DNA of 64,000 bases from an uncultured Pseudomonadales bacterium (GCA_964633875.1 CAZWKL010000002.1:23338-87337); one strand, 5' to 3'; counted from the stretch's first letter, positions 9,165 to 18,944 are shown. Notes: generated from the letters alone by a model not told the origin. A program made the numbers and translations.

Positions 9165-10592
9165 TTGGTCATTATTCGCCGATATTTAGATGTCTTTATA
9201 GTAAAGCAAAATAATATGAATTTTAGCTCTTTAATCACTTTTAAGATATTAATATTAACGCAAATTCTGATAATATTATTGGCTTCGTCTATATATAGTA
9301 GTATGGGGGGAACTAAATTGGGGCGGAGAAGTCCTAGTTGGGCTGTTTTTGCCCTTAAGAACGGCAACGGAGCGAATGAAGATTTACTTGGGGAAATATT
9401 TCAATTACCTCTGGAGCGGTTTACTTTGTTCTTACACAAAAATTACTCGATTAGCACCAGACTTTTACCCCTTGCTAACGGTGTTTTAACAGAAAATATA
9501 TTGAACTATCGGGAAAAGTTGGCAATTACCAGACAAGCCAGTTCGGTAAATAGTGGGATACGCTTTTTGTCCCAGGCTATCACCTCAGGCGAAGAAACTC
9601 TCTTTCATTTCAAGCAACTCGGTATAGCTCAAACCAGATCATTCTTGGGGAAGCCGGCGAGCAATTTTTATGCCCAGCTAGTTTTTGGCAAGTTGGCTGA
9701 AGCGGATAATAAACTGCAGCCTTTATTTGCACTTACAGGGATGCAATATGTTTTGGTTGTTTCCGGCTTTCATTTGAATTTGCTCATCAGAACTGTGACA
9801 GCCAGCTTACAATCCCGCGTCGCCAATTGGCAAGTGGCATTTTTGGCAATAGCGGTGGCAATGGCGTATCACGTGGTTGTGGGTTACTCACCGTCGCTTT
9901 TTCGCGCGGCGGTAATGTCGTGTGCGGCCATCGCGGCGCGCTACGTTTTTTTTCGTCAGCACCGCGCCAGCTACTTTTTCGTGCTGATGATAGTAGTATT
10001 ATGCTTGATGTATAGGGAAAAAATCGAGAACGTATCTTTCCAGCTTTCAGCGGCAGCCACCGCCGGCATTATCTATCTAATGCCTTTTTTTACTCGAGTA
10101 GACAGTGTTATGGCTTCGATTGAAAGAGCGGAAATTAGCGGCGGCTCACTGCGTGGCAGTTTGCTGGCTAAGTATTTTGCTTTAACCAAAGAAAGTTTTT
10201 GGATCAGTGTCAGTGTTAATTTGGCTCTTTTGCCTTTATTACTGTATTACTTTGGTGAAGTCAACTTAGTATCCATTGGTATATCAAGCCTTTTCTTCTG
10301 GATGGCCTCGTTGTTGGTGGCTGGTTCCTGGCTTTTGTTGGCGCTGGCGGCAGCCGCCAGCGCCAATAATTTGCTCCATCAACTGCTTCTACCAGGCAGA
10401 GAGCTTGCTTATTACTTCATGGACTTGGTGGAGCTCATTCTGGGATCGTTTGCCAAATTGCCATTGATCGTGGCCGCGGAAAAATTTGAGCCAATTTATA
10501 TATTTTTGTGGTGGAGTGTGTTAGTAGGGTACGTAGTGATTAGGTCGCAAATCGCGGCGCGAAAAAGAGGATACCAAAGGCTAGCGCTATGA
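9165..10592 (+). CDS. comEC: ComEC/Rec2 membrane (Competence) domain; start uncertain
   Basis: TGMQYVLVVSGFHL, SPSLFRAAVM, SFQLS and many TM segments; follows comEA. Confidence 0.85.
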   Translation: MVIIRRYLDVFIVKQNNMNFSSLITFKILILTQILIILLASSIYSSMGGTKLGRRSPSWAVFALKNGNGANEDLLGEIFQLPLERFTLFLHKNYSISTRLLPLANGVLTENILNYREKLAITRQASSVNSGIRFLSQAITSGEETLFHFKQLGIAQTRSFLGKPASNFYAQLVFGKLAEADNKLQPLFALTGMQYVLVVSGFHLNLLIRTVTASLQSRVANWQVAFLAIAVAMAYHVVVGYSPSLFRAAVMSCAAIAARYVFFRQHRASYFFVLMIVVLCLMYREKIENVSFQLSAAATAGIIYLMPFFTRVDSVMASIERAEISGGSLRGSLLAKYFALTKESFWISVSVNLALLPLLLYYFGEVNLVSIGISSLFFWMASLLVAGSWLLLALAAAASANNLLHQLLLPGRELAYYFMDLVELILGSFAKLPLIVAAEKFEPIYIFLWWSVLVGYVVIRSQIAARKRGYQRLAL

Positions 10593-11515
10593 AAAAAAGG
10601 CTGATTTTGGGCATTTTAGCGGTCTTGCTAATTGCGCCTATATATCAACTAATTTCCCAGTGGCCTGATAATTACCTCAGAATCACTTTTTGTGACGTGG
10701 GGCAAGGTGATGCTATTTTGCTTACTTACCAATTCTCGCAGGTGCTGATTGATGGCGGTCCCAACGATCAAGTTTTAACTTGCCTCCAAGACAGGATGCC
10801 ATTTTGGGATAACACGCTAGATCTGGTAGTAGCCACGCACCCGGACGCCGATCACATTGTCGGCCTGACCAGCGTCTTGCAGCGGTATCAGGTAGAGCTA
10901 ATTTTGACTGAAATATCGGGCAAAAATACCAAGGAAGCTGAAGCTTTTTATCATCAGGTCACGACCGCGGTCGAAAATGGCGCTCTGCTCATCCTGCCTA
11001 GGCAAGCTCAACAGCTTATAATAGCGCAAAAACTGGCCTTCGAAATTTTGTGGCCACTCGAGGAAAGTACTGAAATTATAGGGCCTAATTTTCAACCGAC
11101 CGAAACAATATTATCGGATAAAAAGATGATAAAAAGGTTAGAAAACGGTGAAAAAACTGTTAAAAATGACCGATCTATCGTGCTAAATATGCAATTTGGG
11201 GATTTTAAGGTATTCTTGCCTGGTGACCTCGAGAGAAAGGGTGAACAAGCACTACTCGAGATGGGCTTGATAAACGAAGTGAATATGCTAAAAGCGCCGC
11301 ATCACGGGTCAAAAACGAGTACTACACCTGGAATTGCTGCCAAACTCAGACCCGAAATTACGGTCATTAGCAGCGGCAAAAATAACCAATATGGCCACCC
11401 CGCACCAGAGGTAATTGATACTTTAATAGCAATTGGTTCGCGAATTCTCAGAACTGATGAACTGGGAACCATCACTTTTGTCTCGGACGGCCGGCATTAT
11501 TGGCTCGAGGAATAA
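10589..11515 (+). CDS. ComEC-type metallo-beta-lactamase domain protein (separate ORF)
   Basis: DVGQGDA, THPDADHIVG, PGD, APHHGS, NQYGHP, RTDELG; has its own N-terminal TM and an ATGA overlap with the previous ORF. Confidence 0.9.
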   Translation: MKKRLILGILAVLLIAPIYQLISQWPDNYLRITFCDVGQGDAILLTYQFSQVLIDGGPNDQVLTCLQDRMPFWDNTLDLVVATHPDADHIVGLTSVLQRYQVELILTEISGKNTKEAEAFYHQVTTAVENGALLILPRQAQQLIIAQKLAFEILWPLEESTEIIGPNFQPTETILSDKKMIKRLENGEKTVKNDRSIVLNMQFGDFKVFLPGDLERKGEQALLEMGLINEVNMLKAPHHGSKTSTTPGIAAKLRPEITVISSGKNNQYGHPAPEVIDTLIAIGSRILRTDELGTITFVSDGRHYWLEE

Positions 11516-11979
11516 ACCTGGTTTAGCCTGGAACCAGTCGAGTCAATGTTAAGTAGCCATCAGGGAATAATCTCCCACAAAATTTTTGCTGGTGCAACTA
11601 GCAATTTTGTTTTCCAAAGTTAAAGCCTGGTGATGGGTGGAGTGGGCGAGGTTGGTGGAGCCGGCCAATTGCATTTTGAGTGCGCAAAGAAATTCAGCCG
11701 CGGTGACTTTTAGTGATTCTTGCTGCTGCCCGTTGTCACCAAAAATCTGGCTTTGGTAATACTTCGGTTGAAGGTTTTTGCGATCATTGGCTGCGCGGCC
11801 AAAAAATGGAGTTGCTGGCCGATTGGGTAAACAAAGACAAATAAGCTTATAATGAACACATAATGTCAATCGAGTTAAAGGGTATAAATGACCTAAACGC
11901 CTCAGCGCCTGAAAAACAAAATGTACTCAATTTGAGAGAGCAATTTTCGCTATCTGTTCGGTTGAGTTTTGCCCACGGC

Positions 11980-12008
11980 TTGCCAGTTTCTCCAAGTGAA
12001 GTTATACT
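11980..12008 (+). promoter_or_regulatory. Sigma70-type promoter of the argS leader
   Basis: TTGCCA (11980-11985), 17-bp spacer, TATACT (12003-12008). Confidence 0.7.
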
Positions 12009-12014
12009 AACAAC

Positions 12015-12258
12015 ACACGCGCCAGACATGGTTCGCACCCATGAATTTGCCGGCTAACTCGCCGTAGCAGAGCGCGGCCGGAGAACAATCCCGGACGGTT
12101 GGGGCCCGTTAAAACCTGAGGCTCACTGAGCCCGCAAGTTTTTCCGCGGTAACGCGGAGAAAGAAAAAGGGTGGTACCGTGTTTCGCTTTATTGGAAAAG
12201 AAGCACCCCTTTGTTGCCGGCGCAAATTTTTGCGCTTGCAGTGAAGGGGTATTTTTGT
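12015..12258 (+). ncRNA. T-box riboswitch upstream of argS
   Basis: AAGGGTGGTACCG at 12167-12179; antiterminator aggg-TGGTACC-gtgtttc/gaagcac-ccct; stem III ttccgcg-gtaa-cgcggag; CCGTTA element; overlapping terminator acccctt...aaggggt plus T-tract. Confidence 0.85.
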
Positions 12259-12263
12259 AGCAG

Positions 12264-12317
12264 AATACACAGAACGTACAAAATTTACAAAACATCCAAA
12301 ACATACGAAATGTAAAG
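12264..12317 (+). repeat. Six tandem degenerate 9-bp units (AAYnTACAA-like)
   Basis: aatacacag aacgtacaa aatttacaa aacatccaa aacatacga aatgtaaag. Confidence 0.7.
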
Positions 12318-12325
12318 GCGCTTCT

Positions 12326-14188
12326 ATGAAATTTATCAACAACAACTCACAAAATCCCATTAAGCAAGAATTGGAAACACTTATTTGGCAGTCGCTCCAA
12401 GCGCTCAAGCTGCCGCAGCCGGAGCAAATTAACCTGGAGCGACCCGCCAATATTGCGCACGGCGATTACGCCACCAGCGTGGCCATGGAGTTGTTTAGCC
12501 AATCACAAACTAGCAATGAAACAGAATCTTACTCAAGTCCGCGCAATCTGGCGGAGGCTATCGCGGCGGCAATAAACCGCCAACTCGACAGCCAAACCAA
12601 CCCGGCCATCGCCAGCGTGACTGTGGCAGGACCAGGATTCATCAACTTTAAATTGTCTGAGGCTTTTATTGCCGCCAAAATAGGCGAGTTGGCTCAAGAC
12701 CCACGCCCAGCCAAGATGACGCCGGAAAGCCAGCAAAAAATCGTGGTTGAGTATTCTTCGCCCAACATCGCTAAACCGTTTGCGGTTGGTCATTTACGCT
12801 CGACCATTATTGGTGACGCGGTGGCTAATTTGTTGGAGGCGGCCGGTCACACTGTTTACCGCGATAACCACTTGGGTGACTGGGGGACACAGTTTGGCAA
12901 GCAGATTTACGCCATCAAGGCTTGGGGAGACGAAGAGCAGATTGACCGGGCAGAGAATCCGCTCAAAGAGCTAGTGAGTTTGTACGTTAAGTTTCACCAG
13001 GAGGCGGAAGCCGATCCGGAGTTGGAGGAGGCGGCGCGCGCTTGGTTTAAAAAGCTGGAGGATGGCGATCCGGAAGCGCGCCGCCTTTGGCAAAAATGCA
13101 TCCACTGGTCTTGGCAGGAGTTTGAAAAAATCTACCGGCTGCTTAACGTCAGTTTCACCGAAAACGATGGCCGCGGTTACGGCGAGTCATTTTTCGAAGA
13201 CAAAATGGACGTGGTCATTGCCGAGCTCAAAGCCAAAAACCTGCTGCAAGCCAGTGAAGGGGCAGAGTTGGTCTTTTTCCCCAACGATGAGCTGCCACCC
13301 CTTATGATTCTCAAAAAAGACGGTTCTACCCTCTACGCCACCCGCGACCTAGCCGCCGACAAATTCCGGCTGGAGCACTACGGCCACGATATCACCGTGA
13401 TTAATGAAACCGGCTCTGAACAAAGTCTGTATTTCCGGCAGATTTTCAAAACTGAAGAGCTGCTTGGCTGGTACCAGCCCGGTCAGCGGGTGCATATTGG
13501 CCACGGTATGATTCGCTTCAAAGAGGGCAAAATGTCTACCCGCAAGGGCAATGTTGTTTGGCTCAAAGACGTTTTGGATGAAGCCTACCGGCGAGTAAAC
13601 GCCATTTCCAGCCAGGAGTTGACGGAGGAAACCAAGTGGAAAATCGCTGTTGGCGCTTTGAAATGGAACGATCTCAAGCGCAGCCCTCATCTCAATCTGG
13701 TTTTTGATTGGGATGAGATTGTCAACGTCAAGGGCAACTCCGGTCCTTATCTGCAGTATACCCACGTGCGTTGCGGCAGCATTTTTGCCAAAGCCGCGGA
13801 AAAATGGCAGACCGATGCTGTTAGTATAGAAAGTTATATTACTAAACAGATTGATATCTTGCTTAACCTTTTGATACAGCAAAAAATCACTTTATCACCG
13901 ACTGAGAAAGAGCTATTACGAAACCTTAGCTCATATTACGAAACCTTAGAGCATAGTATGATTGAGTACAGCCCCCATCACTTGGCTAATTATCTCTACG
14001 AGCTGGCTCGCACCTTTAATACTTTCTACAGTGATCATCACGTTGTCAACGAAGCCGCTGATGCTTTGGCGGATTTGGCTGAAACCACCCCGGCCGCGCA
14101 CTTGCGCTTGCTGCTAACTCTGGCTACGGCGCGGGTGATTGCTGCTGGTTTGGATATTTTGGGGATTGAAACCGTGGACAGGATGTAG
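12326..14188 (+). CDS. argS: Arginine--tRNA ligase
   Basis: HGDYA, GPGFIN, EYSSPNIAKPFAVGHLRS, NHLGDWGTQFG, KMSTRKG, GPYLQYTHVR. Confidence 0.98.
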   Translation: MKFINNNSQNPIKQELETLIWQSLQALKLPQPEQINLERPANIAHGDYATSVAMELFSQSQTSNETESYSSPRNLAEAIAAAINRQLDSQTNPAIASVTVAGPGFINFKLSEAFIAAKIGELAQDPRPAKMTPESQQKIVVEYSSPNIAKPFAVGHLRSTIIGDAVANLLEAAGHTVYRDNHLGDWGTQFGKQIYAIKAWGDEEQIDRAENPLKELVSLYVKFHQEAEADPELEEAARAWFKKLEDGDPEARRLWQKCIHWSWQEFEKIYRLLNVSFTENDGRGYGESFFEDKMDVVIAELKAKNLLQASEGAELVFFPNDELPPLMILKKDGSTLYATRDLAADKFRLEHYGHDITVINETGSEQSLYFRQIFKTEELLGWYQPGQRVHIGHGMIRFKEGKMSTRKGNVVWLKDVLDEAYRRVNAISSQELTEETKWKIAVGALKWNDLKRSPHLNLVFDWDEIVNVKGNSGPYLQYTHVRCGSIFAKAAEKWQTDAVSIESYITKQIDILLNLLIQQKITLSPTEKELLRNLSSYYETLEHSMIEYSPHHLANYLYELARTFNTFYSDHHVVNEAADALADLAETTPAAHLRLLLTLATARVIAAGLDILGIETVDRM

Positions 14189-14231
14189 AGGGCGAAATTT
14201 CGGGCGTTGCTTGTGATATACTAGGCTTCCA

Positions 14232-15545
14232 ATGTTTGATCATTCTATTAAAAAACTCAGCAATGGCTTGCGGATCATCACCATTCCTATGCCAGGTGTC
14301 CAGTCGGTGACCACGCTGGCGCTGGTTAATACCGGTTCACGCTACGAAAAGCCCAAAGAGGAGGGGATTGCCCACTTTTTTGAGCACCTGGTTTTCAAAG
14401 GTACGGCCAATTATCCCGATGCTAAGGTGTTGGCGGCCGCGATTGATGCCATTGGCGCCGATTTTAACGCCTTCACCAGCAAAGAATACACCGGCTATTA
14501 TGTCAAGTCGGCCGCCAAACACGTCGAGCTGGCGCTCGACGTCGTCTCCGACATGCTGCTCCAGCCGCAACTACGCCAAGAAGATATCGATCGCGAGCGG
14601 GGAGTAATCGTCGAAGAAATCAACATGTACCACGACAACCCGATGAGCTTTGTCGGGCAGCTTTTCGACCGGATGTTTTTCCGCGGTTCCGGCTTGAGTC
14701 ACGACATTATTGGTTCTAAAAAGACGGTAGAAAGCCTGAATCGTGCCGATTTCACCAGTTTCTTGCGCCACTGGTATGGTCTGGGCAACACGGTGTTGGT
14801 CATAGCGGGCAACGCCGAAACCGTTCAAGCCACCGCCACCCTCGAATTGGCCCAAGCCAAGTTCGCCAAAGAACCTGATGGTGTTCGTCCCCGGGACAAA
14901 GTCAGCATTAAGCGCTGGGTTTCTTCAAGCAACCCAATCTCACCCCACACCCTCACAGTCGAAGAGCGCCGCACCGAGCAAGCCCACCTAGTCCTTGGCT
15001 GGCCCGGCATCCACCGGCGTGACAAGGACCGCTACGCCCTCACCCTCCTCAACGTCATTATGGGTGGCAACATGAGTTCGCGCCTGTTTACCGAAGTCCG
15101 CGAAAAGCGCGGCCTTTGCTACTATGTGCGTTCGGACAACGACCACTACCATGACACCGGCATTTTCGGCGCCTCGGCAGGAGTTGATCCTGGCAGAATC
15201 GAGGAGGCGCTGAAAGTAATTAAAGCCGAGTTTGCTGCGCTGGTGGGCGGCGAAAAGCCGGTTACCGCGGCTGAACTGGCCGCCGCCAAAGAGTACATTG
15301 TTGGCAGCATGACGCTGGGATTCGAAGACAGCCGGAGTGTGGCGCAGTACTTTGGTTTGCGGCAGGTGCTTAATGATAAGATTGAAACTCCTCAAGAAGT
15401 GCTCGAGAAAATTCGAGCGGTTGAGCTGGAGGCAGTGCAAAAAATTGCCCGCCGGCTAATTAAAGAGCGGGAAATGCGGTTGGCAGTGATTGGGCCGTTT
15501 AGCCAAGAAGATCAAGAAAAAGTTTTCAAAAAATTTGTAGAATAG
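14232..15545 (+). CDS. M16 family zinc peptidase
   Basis: HFFEH inverted Zn motif, NAFTSKEYT, SSRLFTEVREKRGLCY. Confidence 0.93.
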   Translation: MFDHSIKKLSNGLRIITIPMPGVQSVTTLALVNTGSRYEKPKEEGIAHFFEHLVFKGTANYPDAKVLAAAIDAIGADFNAFTSKEYTGYYVKSAAKHVELALDVVSDMLLQPQLRQEDIDRERGVIVEEINMYHDNPMSFVGQLFDRMFFRGSGLSHDIIGSKKTVESLNRADFTSFLRHWYGLGNTVLVIAGNAETVQATATLELAQAKFAKEPDGVRPRDKVSIKRWVSSSNPISPHTLTVEERRTEQAHLVLGWPGIHRRDKDRYALTLLNVIMGGNMSSRLFTEVREKRGLCYYVRSDNDHYHDTGIFGASAGVDPGRIEEALKVIKAEFAALVGGEKPVTAAELAAAKEYIVGSMTLGFEDSRSVAQYFGLRQVLNDKIETPQEVLEKIRAVELEAVQKIARRLIKEREMRLAVIGPFSQEDQEKVFKKFVE

Positions 15546-15576
15546 TAAAAAATTAGAAAAATTAAGAAAGGACATT

Positions 15577-16071
15577 ATGGAAAAAACAGCTCGCACCGCG
15601 GTTTTGGTCAAGCCTGACGGCCTCCAGCGCGGCCTGATTGGTGATATTATTTCCCGTTTTGAGCAGAAGGGCCTCAAGTTAGTGGGCATCAAAATGCTGA
15701 TTATGGACGATGAGCAGCTCTCGGACTGGTACATTGAGCACAAGGATAAGAGTTTTTTTACCGACCTCAAGAGTTTTATGGGCTCGATGCCGATTATAGC
15801 CATGGTTTGGGAAGGCATTGACGCCGTGCCGGTGGTTCGCAAGCTGATTGGGACTACTTTGGGGCGCGAGGCGGAGGCCGGTTCCATCCGGGGTGATTAT
15901 GGTATGAGCCAGCAGATGAACTTGATTCATGCTTCTGCAAATGGCGATGACGCCGAGCGCGAAATCAAAATCATTTTTGAAAACGATGAACTTTTTGACT
16001 ACCATACGGCGCTTGAAGCCATTGTCTACGCCGAGTCGGAGCTGAAGAAGCTGCAAGGTATTGACCAGTAG
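15577..16071 (+). CDS. ndk: Nucleoside-diphosphate kinase
   Basis: VKPDGLQRGLIG, GSIRGDYG, NLIHAS; SD aagga. Confidence 0.95.
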   Translation: MEKTARTAVLVKPDGLQRGLIGDIISRFEQKGLKLVGIKMLIMDDEQLSDWYIEHKDKSFFTDLKSFMGSMPIIAMVWEGIDAVPVVRKLIGTTLGREAEAGSIRGDYGMSQQMNLIHASANGDDAEREIKIIFENDELFDYHTALEAIVYAESELKKLQGIDQ

Positions 16072-16173
16072 TTGTTAGTCATTACCAATAGTTAACAAAC
16101 TCGTAGTGTGTACAGAGAATAAACCGGAAACATTGCAGGAAGTGGAGAATGGGAGGCTCAACTATTATCGCTG

Positions 16174-16245
16174 TGTCCCCACCAGGAATCGAACCTGGAT
16201 TTAGCGCTTAGGAGGCGCCCGTTCTATCCATTGAACTACAGGGAC
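16174..16245 (-). tRNA. tRNA-Arg(CCT)
   Basis: gtccctg tagttcaatggatagaac; anticodon arm ggcgc-ctCCTaa-gcgct; T-arm ggttcgattcc. Confidence 0.95.
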
Positions 16246-16288
16246 TAAGCTGATATCCGCTTATTATAACTGTTTTTTTCCAAAAACC

Positions 16289-16711
16289 TCAGGTTTGTTG
16301 ATGGTCTATTTTCAGTCCCAAAAGCCTGCGAAGCCGAAACTCAATTGAGCGCATAGTTTGCTTCTCAACTTCTGAAAATTCAAACAAGACGTCTTTCGCT
16401 TTCAAATCATTACTCACTTGACTCAAAATTTTAATAAGCTTGGTTTGAAATTGGTGATGGTTCCTAATTTGAGCAGTAATTGCTGCTGGCAGCTGAAAAA
16501 GCTGCTCTTTGGGGGATTTAAGTTCCAAAAGAGTTTTGAGCAGCGCCATTTCTTCCGTCGGCAAGTTTCCCAAGTTTTCAAAATGAGCAATTATTGCTTG
16601 AGCTGTTTCGCTCCAGGCTTGAACGTAATTTCGGACACGCTTGGAAAGCTCCGGTTCTTCGGTTGGGAGGAATTGATTGGGTGTATCCGGTCCTTGTTCT
16701 ATGATTGACAT
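16289..16711 (-). CDS. Hypothetical alpha-helical protein between two tRNAs
   Basis: 140-aa ORF filling the gap between the tRNAs; no recognised motif. Confidence 0.55.
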   Translation of the reverse strand: MSIIEQGPDTPNQFLPTEEPELSKRVRNYVQAWSETAQAIIAHFENLGNLPTEEMALLKTLLELKSPKEQLFQLPAAITAQIRNHHQFQTKLIKILSQVSNDLKAKDVLFEFSEVEKQTMRSIEFRLRRLLGLKIDHQQT

Positions 16712-16748
16712 AATATTGAATCAAACCCCTCAAGCTTGCTGTTTTTTG

Positions 16749-16821
16749 TCGGAGATGGCGGACTTGAACCGCCGGCCTCACCGTCCCGAACGGTGCACTC
16801 TACCATCTGAGCTAATCTCCG
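16749..16821 (-). tRNA. tRNA-Pro(CGG)
   Basis: cggagat tagctcagatggtagagt; anticodon arm caccg-ttCGGga-cggtg; ggttcaagtcc. Confidence 0.95.
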
Positions 16822-16910
16822 GTGGCTGGCTGCTAGCTTTGGCAGCGTCTTTTCCAGCAGGGATATTGTACCAGGATTGATTTCAATAGCGTAGGGGTTG
16901 GGAGAGGTAA

Positions 16911-16939
16911 TTGTAAAAACACACAACCGTGTGTACAAT
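16911..16939 (+). promoter_or_regulatory. TA promoter with palindromic operator
   Basis: TTGTAA, 17 bp, TACAAT, with palindrome acacac-aacc-gtgtgt (16919-16934) in the spacer. Confidence 0.7.
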
Positions 16940-16948
16940 TTCAACTAT

Positions 16949-17245
16949 ATGAACACCAAAAAGCTACGGTATTTTCAAGATTTGGCTGCTAGTCTTCAAT
17001 TTGGTAACGGTAAAGCCAACAGAAGGGTGCAATTGAAAATGCCGGCCGAAGTGGTGGAGCAGCTTGACGAGCTATTTCCCGGCATTGACCGCAGCCGGTT
17101 GCTGACTCAGTTGGCTGTCGAGGCCATCAACCAGCAACTTAGATTTGCCGACAGAGCGGTATTAAGAGATTTAATTGCTGATGAGCAGTCAAGTCTGGAT
17201 GAGATGCTCCAATATCTGGAAGAGAGGGATGCCGGCAATGTTTGA
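16949..17245 (+). CDS. Ribbon-helix-helix antitoxin
   Basis: RVQLKMPAEVVEQLD...DRSRLLTQLAVEAI and acidic C-terminus; overlaps the toxin start. Confidence 0.7.
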   Translation: MNTKKLRYFQDLAASLQFGNGKANRRVQLKMPAEVVEQLDELFPGIDRSRLLTQLAVEAINQQLRFADRAVLRDLIADEQSSLDEMLQYLEERDAGNV

Positions 17246-17588
17246 CAGCGCTCGTCCTCAACCAGGAGATATTTATCTGGTCAGGTTTCATCCAGGTTAT
17301 GGAGCTGAGTTCAAAAGATACCGGCCGGCAGTGGTAATGGCCGCCAACCACATGGATCAGCGCTTCGTTTTGATCGCTCCTTTCACCACTCAGACGAAAA
17401 TTTATCAGCCAGAAACAGAGATTCTCATTCGAGTTAATCCGGCGCTGGAACAGGACTCACTTTTACTAGCTTGGTATCTGCAAACAATTGACATTAACAG
17501 GTTGGAAAAAAAGCTTGGCCGGCTCAGCAGCACGCAGATGCGGCTGGTAAAAAAGGCCACTAGCCACTACTTCAACTCAATTGCATAA
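17238..17588 (+). CDS. PemK/MazF family toxin
   Basis: GDIYLVRFHPGYGAEFKRYRPAVV, IAPFTT, QTIDINRLEKKLGRL. Confidence 0.9.
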   Translation: MFDSARPQPGDIYLVRFHPGYGAEFKRYRPAVVMAANHMDQRFVLIAPFTTQTKIYQPETEILIRVNPALEQDSLLLAWYLQTIDINRLEKKLGRLSSTQMRLVKKATSHYFNSIA

Positions 17589-18913
17589 AGATTAGCCGGC
17601 GTGTCCGGACTAAACGAAGTTTTGATCAACAATCTATTGCCGTCAGGCCAGGGATAAATAAAGGAATGTTCAAATGGGCCAGAGTAGAGAGTGGTCTTGT
17701 TGGTGGCGTCGTAACCCATGATGTTCACCCCGCCATCTTCCACAAACAGCAGGTGCAGCGAGTCAGGATACCACTGGAAAGTGTTGGTAAAAAGCGGGGT
17801 GTGATAAACCTTAAAATTCCTGGCTGTGACCGCGGCAGCAGTGGCCTGTAAAGAAGTGAAAGCGCTGGCGGAGGCGGTCAGCAGAGGAGACCGGGGGTCA
17901 TGCAAGTCGGTGGCCAGCAGGTATTTGGTATTGATTTCCGCTTCGGCGCTGGCCTCTTCTCCTACTCTAAAATTCTTATCTTCCTCACGGTCATAAATAT
18001 AAATCCCGCCTGGAACAAGAGCTCTTTCTTCTGGCTGAGTGTTGGTGGCCGGCAGAGCTGGCACCAGTTCGTCCGCCAGCGTCAGCTCCTCGGTAGCAGT
18101 GTAAAGCAGCCGTTTTTTGTCCGGAGAAATATAAACATTTTTGGCGCTGGCAGTGGCGATACTAATAATTTCCGGCGGAAACTGAGCCAAAAACTGCCTT
18201 TCTCTGATGTACATTTCCTGTTCCCATTCAGACAGAATTTGCTGGCGCTGGAAAACCACATCCGGCAGAGTATCGAGGTCGCTTTGGCGGCCGATGGGCA
18301 GAATCACTTGCCTGTCATTGCTCAGCACCATCACCTCACTACTGTCAGGAGACCAAATAAACTCGGCCGTTGAGAGCTCAAAATCTTCCGAATCATTACT
18401 AATTTGTCTGGGGCCTTGTGAGAAAGAGAGTGGCGAACTGTTGAGTTCAAACAAGTAAAGTCCGTTTTTTCTTTGGGCTGAAGCTGAAGCGGTGTAAAAA
18501 ATCAGCTTTTGTCCATCCGGTGAAGGGGTAATATTTTCCACGCCGGTAAAAGTGAGGGTAGTTAAACTGGGGGCAACGGGAAAAAGTTTGGCATTGGTTT
18601 GGGCTACTAATTCTTGCTCAACTAACATCATTTTTTGCCAGGTGTTGTAGCCATCGCGCTTGATTTCTACCAAATACTCACCCGGAACCAGATAAAGAGT
18701 ATCGTCAGTAGCTGTGATGAGCTTGCCATCAATATAAACTTCAGCGCCGGTGGGGAAAGAATTCGCGGCCAGCAAGCCGGTGCCATTGACAAAACCTTGA
18801 TCAGTGACGCGGTAGCCGCCTTTGGCATAGTGAATCGCCAAAAAAGTGCCGACGATGACTACCAATAATGAAAGAACGGCATACACTACGCGCGGCTTGA
18901 ACCAAGATTTCAT
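17567..18913 (-). CDS. PEGA-domain membrane-anchored protein with beta-propeller-like repeats
   Basis: N-terminal TM, PEGA (NSFPTGAEVYIDG...GEYLVEIKRDGY), repeated SPDG/WSPD/WPDG motifs; start MKSWF. Confidence 0.85.
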   Translation of the reverse strand: MKSWFKPRVVYAVLSLLVVIVGTFLAIHYAKGGYRVTDQGFVNGTGLLAANSFPTGAEVYIDGKLITATDDTLYLVPGEYLVEIKRDGYNTWQKMMLVEQELVAQTNAKLFPVAPSLTTLTFTGVENITPSPDGQKLIFYTASASAQRKNGLYLFELNSSPLSFSQGPRQISNDSEDFELSTAEFIWSPDSSEVMVLSNDRQVILPIGRQSDLDTLPDVVFQRQQILSEWEQEMYIRERQFLAQFPPEIISIATASAKNVYISPDKKRLLYTATEELTLADELVPALPATNTQPEERALVPGGIYIYDREEDKNFRVGEEASAEAEINTKYLLATDLHDPRSPLLTASASAFTSLQATAAAVTARNFKVYHTPLFTNTFQWYPDSLHLLFVEDGGVNIMGYDATNKTTLYSGPFEHSFIYPWPDGNRLLIKTSFSPDTPANLYAIELK

Positions 18914-18944
18914 AGGTTTAGTATAGCATGCTATATTAGGGGTG
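18914..18944. promoter_or_regulatory. Symmetric back-to-back extended -10 promoters
   Basis: Palindrome tatagcatgctata gives tgc-TATATT on plus (ATG 7 nt later) and tgc-TATACT on minus (ATG 6 nt later). Confidence 0.7.

Noticed and set aside
11549-11869. 106-aa ORF in the comEC-argS gap
   Set aside because: No motif, SD or clear promoter; cannot be supported, though not excluded.
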